Assembly (NCBI GenBank): GCA_040182905.1
Contig: JARQWU010000066.1
Location: forward strand, 1 to 41,474
From: Barthelona sp. PAP020
Taxonomy: Eukaryota
DNA: 41,474 bases
Direction of reading: 5' to 3'
The notes under the pieces are model-generated. The model was not told the origin of the DNA. It made no database searches and worked only from the letters and a program-made list of their open reading frames with translations. Numbering within the stretch: the first letter of the stretch is position 1; the number at the start of each line of letters is the position of its first letter. Below, one piece after another: positions 8,492 to 18,304 of the stretch. The translations under genes and the position numbers were made by a program.

Positions 8492-10951
8492 ATGTCATTG
8501 GAGGCGAGTCCTGAAATTATCCATTTTTCAGGATTTCAGGTTGGAAATTACTACAAACAGAATGTATCGATTGTGAACAATTCTCATCATAGGCAGCGAA
8601 TTCAAATATTGGAGCCGACTTCTTCGAATTTTTCATTGCATACGAGGTTAAAAACGTTTATAGCGCCGCATTTGTCTCAACAAATAACTGTTATTTTCAA
8701 GCCCACAGATTATCGGTATTTTTACGATTGTTTTAGGGTTAAAACAGAGACTGAGGAGTTAACTGTACATATTCATGGATATCCAACAACAAATAGCGTT
8801 GATATTCCGAAGCGGCTTGATTTTGGTGTTGTTGCTGTTGGGACCACGGCAGATAGGACATTTGACTTAACATGTTCAGTGCCACTGGATTTTGAGTTTC
8901 GCATCAACATGCAGCCAAGTCCTGTATTTGCTATTTCGCCAATGAAAGGTATTATACCTGCGAATTCAAGCACAACTGTCACAATAAAATTCACGCCAGT
9001 TGAATACAAAACGTATCACCATAGCTTTAGTTTGGAAACATCTGAGTTTAATTCTGTTCCAACAACAATACCTTTGACTGGTTCCTGTAGTCCCTTAGAT
9101 ATGCCAAAGTTATTGTTAGAGCAGACAAGAATGGAAGAGGAGTTGTACAGACAGGACAGATTGTCTTCGCTGTTGGACATATACGATTCATTGGAAGACA
9201 ATAGTTTTGAAAAGAGTCAGACGCAGGTAGAAATTAGAAGGGAATTGGGTTTGACTGTGCTACCAAAGGACAGTGCTATTGAGAAGCAGCATGCATATGA
9301 TCTGAAGCGTAAACATCAAGAAAAACTCAAGGCAGAGACCATGGAATTGCATAGAACGAAAAAAAGGATGGAAAAAGAGGCTTTTGAAGAAGAACAGCGA
9401 AAATTGGCAGAGAAACAAAAACTGAAGACTGATTTTATTGCAGTTGATAATTCTGAGTTGTGTATTGCAAAGGATGCATTGCTAGATTTTGAAAAGAGAT
9501 TTAATGAGGCTGTTGATCTGAATAACAGCATTGATAATCGAGTGATTTCCAGAATAGGCACTCCTTTCATCGAACTTGATGAACTAGAACAGTTAAGACA
9601 GGAAGAAGTTCAAGAACAGGATCAGCTCATGAAGGAATTAGTCATTGAAGGAAGGGAAACAATGCACATTGAAGTGAGCTCTGTGGACAGATTTGCCAAT
9701 CCACACTGTGAGTTATTGTTGGCTCATAGATTTAAAATTAACAAAGAAAACGTCCAATTTAGCTATTTGAAGCGTTCTGAGTGGGAGAGAAAGATTATTT
9801 TGCGGAAAAGACTGAGAGAAGTCATCAATACGTTGTATTATCGCCATTTTATCGATCAAAAAATAAGTAATTTAGAGGCCTTTTTTGAGTCCATTGAAGA
9901 TAAAGGCATAGATTTGAAGAAAGTCATTCAAACAGCTGTTAACCCAATTAACACAAGTGGTTCAAAAACAAACAGACTTCAACACACCTCTATGAACAAA
10001 CCAGCAACATTCATCAATGATAACTGGAACAATGAAGATTCTTCTCAAGACAGTCAATTGAAATTGCAGAAAACATTGGCAAATCTTCATTCTTTGAATT
10101 CTTTGATCAAGGTCAAACAACCGAATTGTTCTTGGGTTGAAAAGAAGGATCCTCTGATATCCGGCTATTCTGCGATTTCCCACAAGGATGTGTCTGTTCT
10201 AACCAACAAATTGGTGAGTTCCCACAACCCTAATTATCAAGACCATGAAAAACTAGAAATTGACTACCCCAGATTTTTGAACCTCAAACGATTTGATGAC
10301 TTTGAACCATTGATCTTGTTGCCTGATAAATTAAATGTTGATAAATTGGAAATTAGTGATCAACTGAGCACTTTTGGGTATCACCCAAAACTGGATGCGA
10401 AAATTGCAGACATCTCCAATTTTGATGTCCATCAAAAGAACAAAAAAATTATTGAAAACAATATTTTTCATTTGCCTTCTCATGACCCTCTTTACGGTTT
10501 CAAAAAGAACCTGACAAAAGAACATGATCATGATATATTTGCTCCTTTGAGAATAAATAAAGACCTTTTGTTTGATATCACACCTTCTAAAGATATTAGA
10601 AAGCCTAATTTGTTCAATACTGAGAATTCTCTTATTTCTATTCAAAAATCAGATCAGTATGATTCACTTCCGGCTAATCTTCAAAATAATATCAGTTTGT
10701 TTAAAAACATATCAAACAGAAACTATTTATCAAAAGAATTATTCAAAGAGTTTGACAAAGAAAAATTCAATGACGTTCCTGAATTCACAGAACAGGGGGA
10801 CATTTTCCCCGAGTGGAAGTTTGATGAAGTTCCCGTCATTGATCAAGACATCATCGCAAATTCCAAAGAATCAGTTCTGTCCAAGTTATATTTAAATCAA
10901 GAGATTAACAGAGTAGATAGAGTTAATTCAGTATTGAATAAATATTTGTAA
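8492..10951 (+). CDS. CFAP221: Cilia- and flagella-associated protein 221 (PCDP1) homologue, central-pair protein with N-terminal ASH/Ig-like domains
   Basis: PEIIHFSGFQV, FKPTDYRYFYDCFRV, IHGYP, LTCSVPLDFEF, GIIPANSSTTVTIKFTP, SEFNS...TGSC match the recalled CFAP221 N-terminus (PGIIHFGGYQV, RYYYDCIRV, CSCPVDFEF, GIIPANGKMTVTIKFTP). Confidence 0.88.
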   Translation: MSLEASPEIIHFSGFQVGNYYKQNVSIVNNSHHRQRIQILEPTSSNFSLHTRLKTFIAPHLSQQITVIFKPTDYRYFYDCFRVKTETEELTVHIHGYPTTNSVDIPKRLDFGVVAVGTTADRTFDLTCSVPLDFEFRINMQPSPVFAISPMKGIIPANSSTTVTIKFTPVEYKTYHHSFSLETSEFNSVPTTIPLTGSCSPLDMPKLLLEQTRMEEELYRQDRLSSLLDIYDSLEDNSFEKSQTQVEIRRELGLTVLPKDSAIEKQHAYDLKRKHQEKLKAETMELHRTKKRMEKEAFEEEQRKLAEKQKLKTDFIAVDNSELCIAKDALLDFEKRFNEAVDLNNSIDNRVISRIGTPFIELDELEQLRQEEVQEQDQLMKELVIEGRETMHIEVSSVDRFANPHCELLLAHRFKINKENVQFSYLKRSEWERKIILRKRLREVINTLYYRHFIDQKISNLEAFFESIEDKGIDLKKVIQTAVNPINTSGSKTNRLQHTSMNKPATFINDNWNNEDSSQDSQLKLQKTLANLHSLNSLIKVKQPNCSWVEKKDPLISGYSAISHKDVSVLTNKLVSSHNPNYQDHEKLEIDYPRFLNLKRFDDFEPLILLPDKLNVDKLEISDQLSTFGYHPKLDAKIADISNFDVHQKNKKIIENNIFHLPSHDPLYGFKKNLTKEHDHDIFAPLRINKDLLFDITPSKDIRKPNLFNTENSLISIQKSDQYDSLPANLQNNISLFKNISNRNYLSKELFKEFDKEKFNDVPEFTEQGDIFPEWKFDEVPVIDQDIIANSKESVLSKLYLNQEINRVDRVNSVLNKYL

Positions 10952-11014
10952 GTGTACAATTTATTCTTTGTGAGTAAATTGAAAAATTTCATTTTTTCTT
11001 GATTATTTGGTGGA

Positions 11015-11365
11015 ATGAAGCAGTCTCCCTCAAAAACAACGACAAAGGTGTTGCAACTTGCCAATACATATGCAACACCAAAGAAAGAAGATCAACAAGA
11101 GGATTTTTTGAATGGTGAAATTATTACTCCAATTGCTCCAGTTTCTCCAATTACCAAAAAAGCTGAAGCATTGGCAAAAGCAAATTCTCCTTTATTGCAA
11201 AAAATGACAGAGGAAATTAGTTTAAACACACAGAAGAGCATAGATGACTTAGAAGAAAGATATAAAAGGGCACAGTTGTTAAGAAAAGAACGATTAGAGG
11301 CAGATAAGAATGCTGAATCACGAATGATCGATAATTTTTTGAATAAGAAAGGGTATGATTGTTAG
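11015..11365 (+). CDS. Small hypothetical protein, SP/TP-rich N-half and charged coiled-coil C-half
   Basis: ATG-initiated 116-aa ORF filling the gap between two genes, with protein-like composition; no family recognised. Confidence 0.7.
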   Translation: MKQSPSKTTTKVLQLANTYATPKKEDQQEDFLNGEIITPIAPVSPITKKAEALAKANSPLLQKMTEEISLNTQKSIDDLEERYKRAQLLRKERLEADKNAESRMIDNFLNKKGYDC

Positions 11366-11505
11366 ATGATTTTTTAATTCATTTGTTTGTATAAATTTGG
11401 TTGAGTTTATTTTGTATTCTTTTTTTTTTTTTTTTTGCTTTTTGAAAAGAATTTGAATGCAGGTAAAATACTTTTGATAATTCATTTTTTAACTTTTTGT
11501 TTTGC

Positions 11506-14500
11506 ATGAATAAGAATGTAATTCCCGATCTATTTGCCTTAAGAGGGGCTAGAAAGAAAAATCGAACAAAAAGAAGGGCAAATGATTTGGGAGTTAAAAA
11601 AAGTGAATTAAATTTATTGAAATCTTCAACAAAATCTTTATCAACAGTACCTAAAACATCTGAAAATTTAATTGAAACGAAAATAAATGATATAAATAAT
11701 GAAAATAATAAAACTGTTGAATTTGAGTTTAAAACTCCACCTATGAGTCCTACAAGCCCCAATAGTCCACCTTTGAGTCCAAATTTTGGCCCGATCAATA
11801 GTTTTTATGTTTTTTCACCCCAATCAAAAGATTATTATGGGTTATCCAACACTACCCAATCTAATATTCCCCAATTACCGAAGCTTGACAACGTATCAAT
11901 GACTATTAATTCAACAAATGGTACTATTGTAGGTGCAGATATGAATATGAAGCAAAAGGACGTATCGTTATTAAACTTTAATTGTTCCATTGATTTTTTG
12001 AGAAATGAAGGTTTAGAATTGAAAAAAGTCCGTAACAAGAAGAAAGCATTGTTAACCAGTGAGTCAATCTTTCACATTGTTGATGAATCTTTGAAGAAGG
12101 CCCCTGCAATAGATGTTGAAACACCGAAACCTCTTTCCACTGCTGATAATTCTTTACCATCACAAAATCTTAGTAGATATAGGTTTTTTTCAAAATCGAT
12201 TCCAAATGTGATCAAACGAGGCGGTGTTAGCAAAAAAGCATCTTTTGCAAAAGATCGTTCGGATACCTTACAAGAGTTATTGTTTGAAAAATTACAAAGT
12301 GTATTTGAGTTTGAAGACTTTAGATTTGGACAAGCTGAGGCTATTTGTCATCTATTAAACGGTGAATCAGTATTGTATTGTTATCCCACTGGATCTGGAA
12401 AAAGTCTGATATATCAGATGTTTCATTTGATGATTGAGAAGATTACGGTTGTTATTTCACCTCTCATTGCATTGATGGATGATCAATATTTAAAATTACC
12501 AGAAAAATTGAAAAATCAGGCATTTGTCTTGTCGAGTGTTCGTTTTGACGGTAATTATGCCAGGTTATTGACCAAAATTGATGATAAAAAAGGGTGCATT
12601 CTATTCGTATCCCCCGAAAGATTTAATAGTGTTAATTTTCAGCAATTTATCAAAGATTTACAGATTGGTTTATTGGTTTTTGATGAAGCCCATTGTATGT
12701 CTCAACAATCTTACAATTTTCGACCTTCTTATTTGGCAATTATTTCTCCAGCCGTTCAGATTCAAAATCAAGGAATTCCTGTTTTGGCTTTAACGGCTAC
12801 AGCCACAGCTCCTGTACGTGAAAGTATTAAAACAGCATTTGTTATTGATAGAGAAATGGTATATGTTAAACCGGATCCCAGAATTTTATTTCATTGTTCA
12901 AAAGAGCCTGTGGATAATTCAAACTTTTCATATTCACAAAGTTTTGAATCCGATCCCTCATTTTCTCAAGATAACTCAAGTTTATTGTCAGGTAATGGTC
13001 TTATATGTTCACAATCACTTGAAGAAGAATCAAGACAACAAACAGAAGTGGTAGAAGACAAGCTGATCAACTTATCTCGCTCTCTCACAGGAGTTTCGGT
13101 TGATAAATATCTTCGCTCTGTTTGTACAGCTCTTGCAAATCAAAATATTCCCACAATTATTTTCACAACGTCTCGTACACAAGTAGAGACTATTGTTGAA
13201 AACTTATCTTCCAGTACAATTCGCATTGGTGGATATCATGCTGGATTAGACCCAAAACTTCGTCAAATGATTGCAAAGAATTTCTTAAATGGTAGTCTGA
13301 ACATGATCGCAGCAACGAATGCGTTTGGGATGGGAGTTGATCGTAATGATGTTGGAGCTATTATACATAGCAGCATACCAAGAAGTCCGGAAGATTATTT
13401 ACAACAATTGGGTAGAATGGGGCGTTCCAATATTCATAAACGCTTGTATTCATTTGTATATTTGAGGAAAGAGGATTTCTTCAAGATTCATGCGTTGAGT
13501 TATTCAGAAGTTCCATTATTTCATGACCTTTATCTTTTTGTAAAGAATGGCTTTCATCATCATAGTGACAATCCCGCAAAATTAGGAGTTATTTCTAAAG
13601 AGGGTGAATATCATTTGATATTGGATCCTTTGATTGGAAAGAGAGAATTTAATTTGACAAAATTAATGGTAGAAACGTTTGTAAATTTGCTAAACATGCA
13701 ATTTGATCAATTACAATCTCAAAATATGAAAGTTATGGAAACACCAGCAATGGAAGTTTTTCCTGGTAGATTTATTGTGAGTATGAACAAATTGGAAAAT
13801 TATGGAGATTCTGCATTTTTACGAGCAATAAAAAAAGTTGGAGATAATTTGAATTTACAAGGTGAAATACACATGAAACAGAGATATAATATTAGAACAA
13901 GTGATTTATTGGATGAATTTCCCAATTTAACACTTGGTAACGTTTTCAAAGAGCTAAATTATATGAAACGGGATGGATTATTGGACTTTGAAGTGTTTGA
14001 TAAACTATGGTTGTTTAAATTTCAAGAAAGTATTGATTTAGAGGATATTGTTGAGCAAATATATTCGATTATTCTTGATCAAGCTTATAAAGCTTCTGTA
14101 AAGACATGTTGTATGTGGCAAATACTATTATCGTCATCAACATCATCCTCACAATCACAAATTGATGAATCTATTGCAAAAGAATCGGAATTGGAACTAA
14201 AATCAGAGCCAGATGTCAATTCAAGAATGATAGAATATTTTTTGAGAGAGAATCTTAGCAGAAATAATCTTTCTTCTGATATTGACACGATTCGTTTCTT
14301 TGCCTTTTCAGACATTTGCTATAGCGAAGACAATGATGAATATTTCGAATCTATCAAAAAATTGAAACTTACCAGACCAAAATTATCCTTTGATATCGAT
14401 TTACCATTTCAAAACGCTTATTCTCTTCATACGAATAAAATGATTAATGATCTAATAACAGATATTATACAACAACAAACGGGTTTGGATTCTTTACAAA

Positions 14501-14664
14501 TTACCAAAATTTTGCAAGGTATACCATCAGCAAACATTTCAATTGATAATGGTTCTGTACTTTTTCCATCATATTGGAAAAAATTAGCAGATTTTCATTT
14601 CTTGGATTTGTGGAGTCTCGTTATTATTTGGAAGAAGAACTTACAAACTTTAAAACCTTTGTAA
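11506..14664 (+). CDS. RECQL4: RecQ-family DEAH helicase, RECQL4-like
   Basis: ATG at 11506. FRFGQAEAI, YPTGSGKSLIYQ, VISPLIALMDDQ, DEAHCMSQQSYNFRPSYL, LALTATA, YHAGL, ATNAFGMGVD, QQLGRMGR; C-terminal QITKILQGIPS...YWKK resembles the RECQL4 ARIFHGIGSP...FWRK motif. Confidence 0.85.
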   Translation: MNKNVIPDLFALRGARKKNRTKRRANDLGVKKSELNLLKSSTKSLSTVPKTSENLIETKINDINNENNKTVEFEFKTPPMSPTSPNSPPLSPNFGPINSFYVFSPQSKDYYGLSNTTQSNIPQLPKLDNVSMTINSTNGTIVGADMNMKQKDVSLLNFNCSIDFLRNEGLELKKVRNKKKALLTSESIFHIVDESLKKAPAIDVETPKPLSTADNSLPSQNLSRYRFFSKSIPNVIKRGGVSKKASFAKDRSDTLQELLFEKLQSVFEFEDFRFGQAEAICHLLNGESVLYCYPTGSGKSLIYQMFHLMIEKITVVISPLIALMDDQYLKLPEKLKNQAFVLSSVRFDGNYARLLTKIDDKKGCILFVSPERFNSVNFQQFIKDLQIGLLVFDEAHCMSQQSYNFRPSYLAIISPAVQIQNQGIPVLALTATATAPVRESIKTAFVIDREMVYVKPDPRILFHCSKEPVDNSNFSYSQSFESDPSFSQDNSSLLSGNGLICSQSLEEESRQQTEVVEDKLINLSRSLTGVSVDKYLRSVCTALANQNIPTIIFTTSRTQVETIVENLSSSTIRIGGYHAGLDPKLRQMIAKNFLNGSLNMIAATNAFGMGVDRNDVGAIIHSSIPRSPEDYLQQLGRMGRSNIHKRLYSFVYLRKEDFFKIHALSYSEVPLFHDLYLFVKNGFHHHSDNPAKLGVISKEGEYHLILDPLIGKREFNLTKLMVETFVNLLNMQFDQLQSQNMKVMETPAMEVFPGRFIVSMNKLENYGDSAFLRAIKKVGDNLNLQGEIHMKQRYNIRTSDLLDEFPNLTLGNVFKELNYMKRDGLLDFEVFDKLWLFKFQESIDLEDIVEQIYSIILDQAYKASVKTCCMWQILLSSSTSSSQSQIDESIAKESELELKSEPDVNSRMIEYFLRENLSRNNLSSDIDTIRFFAFSDICYSEDNDEYFESIKKLKLTRPKLSFDIDLPFQNAYSLHTNKMINDLITDIIQQQTGLDSLQITKILQGIPSANISIDNGSVLFPSYWKKLADFHFLDLWSLVIIWKKNLQTLKPL

Positions 14665-14959
14665 TAACCTTGGTATTTCACTTACGTAATGAGATGTTAA
14701 TTTACCGTTATGAAAACTTTCTTAATATTGTATCAAGATGTTCAATTTGTGAATCTTGGATCTGGAAAAATCCCATTCGAAACTAAAGGATATTGGATGA
14801 AAGTTAAAAGATGAATGTTTGCTGACAATTGTTTTCGTAAATCTTATTGTTTGATTTTTTCTTTTATTTTTATTGATTGTGGTTTGCATTTGATTCAGAT
14901 TCAGTTTGAACCTTTAATATCTATGTTATTATGTGATAATATTATGGTCAACAGTCATG

Positions 14960-16186
14960 TCATTTGAAACACTCCAATAAAGGAGAAAGAATTAGTTTAA
15001 ATCTTGTTTCTTGAGTAGATAATATTTGAATGTTTTCAATGAAATTTTCAGGCAAAGCAGCAATTAAATTGTTGGAAGACATAAAAACTGATGCAATAAC
15101 AGAGACCAAGATGATTAATGAAGAAATTGAAGAAGCTTTTGAGGAAGGATAAGGAATAAATAATTGTTTAAACAAGAGATCTACTAATATTGAAGGCATT
15201 TGCTCACCTATTTTTTTATCTAACAGAGCATGAGAAAAATGGATTAATTTTTGAAGAATTTCTTCATTTTTGTAAGCAACTTCACATGTAATCAAATAAA
15301 AAACACTGAGCTCGTCCATATTGTTGCCATTTCCAATATGACTTATCAAAGCATCAGAAACCAAAAGTGCTAAAATTTCATTTTCCTTAATGATTTCCCG
15401 ATTAACTAAAGAATCAATATCAATAGATTTTAATGATGGAAATCTTAAGAAAGAAATAACAGAGCATAATGGTTGAAAAAATTTCTGTGATAAATTCTCA
15501 CGCCCTGGTTCAGCAAATTTAAAAAATATATCGGATAATGTAGAACAAATAGAATTGTTACATTCATTTCTCAAAATTATTTCACCATTATAGGTCTTTG
15601 ATAAAATAGCCAACTGTTTCAATAAAATAATTCTGATTTCAACATCCAAATTATCAAAAATATTCTCATTAAAACTTTCCAACAGCAAAAAGCTTAAAGT
15701 ATCACATATTTGACCAATATTTTCTCTCTTTTTGAATTCTTTAATTTTCATCAATTTTTTGATCAAACTTTTCAAATATTCATGAATATTTAGAGAGAAA
15801 ACATTTATTCGATTGTAAAAAAATAATTCTAAATAAATATCCTCATTAAATAAAATATTTAACAATAAATTACATTTCTCTTCACTGCAATAAAATAAAC
15901 AATGATGTAATAAACTATATTCATTATGTTTCCATTCATATAAAGTAGATAAATATATTATCAATTTATATATGGATTCAATCCATTGATATTGATCTAT
16001 CTTATTAATAATAATACCAAAAAAAGATCCTAATTGATATGTAGATAATGCTCTTAACTTTTGAACCAAATTTCTAGGATTTTTTAAAGTTTCAATAATC
16101 CTATTCGCAAATGGGTCTTCATCATTTGTATATACTATTTCTATGCATTGAATTGTAACTTGAATTAATTCATCAAGTTTATTCAT
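14960..16186 (-). CDS. Hypothetical all-alpha (ARM/HEAT-like) protein
   Basis: Long uninterrupted ORF, first ATG at 16186 (MNKLDEL), L/I-rich amphipathic helical pattern; no family recognised. Confidence 0.7.
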   Translation of the reverse strand: MNKLDELIQVTIQCIEIVYTNDEDPFANRIIETLKNPRNLVQKLRALSTYQLGSFFGIIINKIDQYQWIESIYKLIIYLSTLYEWKHNEYSLLHHCLFYCSEEKCNLLLNILFNEDIYLELFFYNRINVFSLNIHEYLKSLIKKLMKIKEFKKRENIGQICDTLSFLLLESFNENIFDNLDVEIRIILLKQLAILSKTYNGEIILRNECNNSICSTLSDIFFKFAEPGRENLSQKFFQPLCSVISFLRFPSLKSIDIDSLVNREIIKENEILALLVSDALISHIGNGNNMDELSVFYLITCEVAYKNEEILQKLIHFSHALLDKKIGEQMPSILVDLLFKQLFIPYPSSKASSISSLIILVSVIASVFMSSNNLIAALPENFIENIQILSTQETRFKLILSPLLECFK

Positions 16187-16415
16187 GTTAAAATCTGAAA
16201 AAAATTTTTCATTATTTCCTTCAGAACTGCCTGCTTCACATTTCTTGATATTTTTAAAAAACAGAACAAATACCAATTTAATGATTTTCTTCAATATTTC
16301 GATATTTTGTTATTATATTTCAGGAATTTTGACCAATCTTTGGAGGAAGAAAAAAAAACCCTTTTTTATCTTTTTATAAAATTGATTACATTCTTTAATT
16401 ATTGAAAAGGATATA

Positions 16416-18122
16416 TTATATGCTGGTTAAAACACTGAGTTCATTGTCTTCCATGTTATCTTCAAGTGCTTTGTCTAAAATGGTCATCAATTCCAAAGGT
16501 TCGGGTTGAGGATTGGGGAAAACAACTGGATTAATATCGATATTACTGGAAGGAATAAGAGAACTTTTTGTTTTAAATACACAAATAGATATAAAAAAGA
16601 CAAACACACAAGCTAATACAACTACAAATACAACACTGTAATAATCTCTATCGCGTTCACAAGTGTTACATTTGTTTCCATCTCTATAGGGTTCTAAAAC
16701 ACAATCTCTGTAAGATATTGCATTTGCAGAATCAGTATTGGTATTTCTTTTGGTAGTAACGTAATTCAATAGATCAGAAGAGTCAAACTTCTGTTCAATG
16801 ACGGAAAAGTCAAAATCTAAAGCGACAACACCAAGGAATCTCTTGGGAGACACATTAGTTTTATATATTGGGAAGGAGACAGTTGCTGTATCAGAACCAG
16901 TTAAAACTGAAACATAAGTTTCAGAATACATAGCGTTGTCGGAAATGGAGTTAATGGTTAAAATTTCAAAAATTGGATCCACAATGTCAAAGGAGATAGT
17001 CTCATATAAATAATCAGAAGCATCTACAAACATCGCTCTGGTTTTACAACTAATATACTTTAACAGCCCAATAGGAGATTCACTGGTCATTGCAACACCA
17101 AAGAGAGAAATGGGCTCATAATTGTACAATGTTTCATCAGCAAAAGATCTGTACACTGTTTCGGCAGAAACGGAAGGTCCTCCATTTGACAAGAAGTAGA
17201 TTATCTTTGGCGCAATATTTAGATTGTTATTTGTTGTACTTGATGATGCTAAAGCTTTTAAAGCATATTTAAACGGAGAATAAGTGATGCCAGTATCAAA
17301 CTTTGTATTTAGACTCTTAACATATGTGATTAACTCTGCTTTCCATTCATCAGTGGCGTTTCCTAATGTATTTTGATATATATTGGCTTGATTAAAAGTC
17401 ATTAATCCCACCAGATAATTAGTAGGGAAAGCCGTTATCGTCGCTTCCACCAATTTTATGGTACGATTGAAATGTTCTTTTTTACTGACATCAACTAAAA
17501 GAATAATGCGTAATGGCCCTGTAGCTGGTCCATAAAAATAAGGACGACTTCTGGGATCATAATAATAATTATCATAAGTAGATGGTAAGCCATAGCAGGT
17601 GGTTGACGTATTTTTGAAAGGCAAGAAAATTTGCCCTGGAAAATTTCTTACAAATCTGGTTCTGGTAGAGATGTAATTAAGTTGAATCGATTCCAAAAAC
17701 CAATCTGATTCCTCTTCATAAAGTTGAACCCAAATAGAATCTGCAACGGAAGTGACAATTTCATCATTTTTGGCTTCAGTTCCTTCATTTGATTTGTAAA
17801 CATATGTAGATACAGTTCTTGTTTGAGGGGCATATTTATTCGAACTAGAACACACAGTTGATGAATCAGTAATACAATCTGAATATGGTATAGGTGATGA
17901 ATAACATAATTTTGAAGGATATTTGGATAATTCAACATCAACTATACTTGAATAACTTGTGGGAGGATTAAAAACAGCAGCTTCAATTTTTGTCGCAATA
18001 GTTTTTGTGATATTCTCATATTTGTAAAATAATTCTTCCAATGAAGCTGGTTCTGCATAGATCGCTGTGCATTGAATAGTTATGAAAAAAGTGATTAATA
18101 TTAATAATAATGTATTTTTCAT
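16416..18122 (-). CDS. alpha2delta/CACHD1-like type I membrane protein (dCache domain with inserted VWA domain)
   Basis: ATG at 18122 gives a signal peptide ([20 protein letters not shown]). [26 protein letters not shown] resembles alpha2delta [34 protein letters not shown]; YSETY...TVSFPIY...[32 protein letters not shown]. Confidence 0.85.
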   Translation of the reverse strand: [568 protein letters not shown]

Positions 18123-18304
18123 TCCTATTTTCTTAATAAATATGTCAAATAGTTGATAAAAAAACAAAATGTTTTTTTTGTTGATTGGTTTTTTCAAATA
18201 TACATTTTTGTTGTTTGTTCATTTATATATGATTTTTAAAGTGAAAACGAAATAATAAAAGTAAAAGCTTTGTCATTATTTTTTATTTTTTATGGTATTG
18301 ATCT

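Noticed and set aside
8773..10895. Numerous 60-140 aa antisense or alternate-frame ORFs here and throughout the ORF track
   Set aside because: Shadows of long, well-supported genes; no independent motifs.
6205..10951. Calmodulin-like gene near CFAP221, a known calmodulin binder, as a functional cluster
   Set aside because: Separated by ALDH, the protein is not canonical calmodulin, and EF-hand genes are numerous.
14665..14959. Short ORFs after the RecQ stop (34-aa MKTFLILYQ... and the 14574..14786 track ORF)
   Set aside because: Too short or overlapping RecQ, with no homology cue or splice signals like the NOT3 introns.
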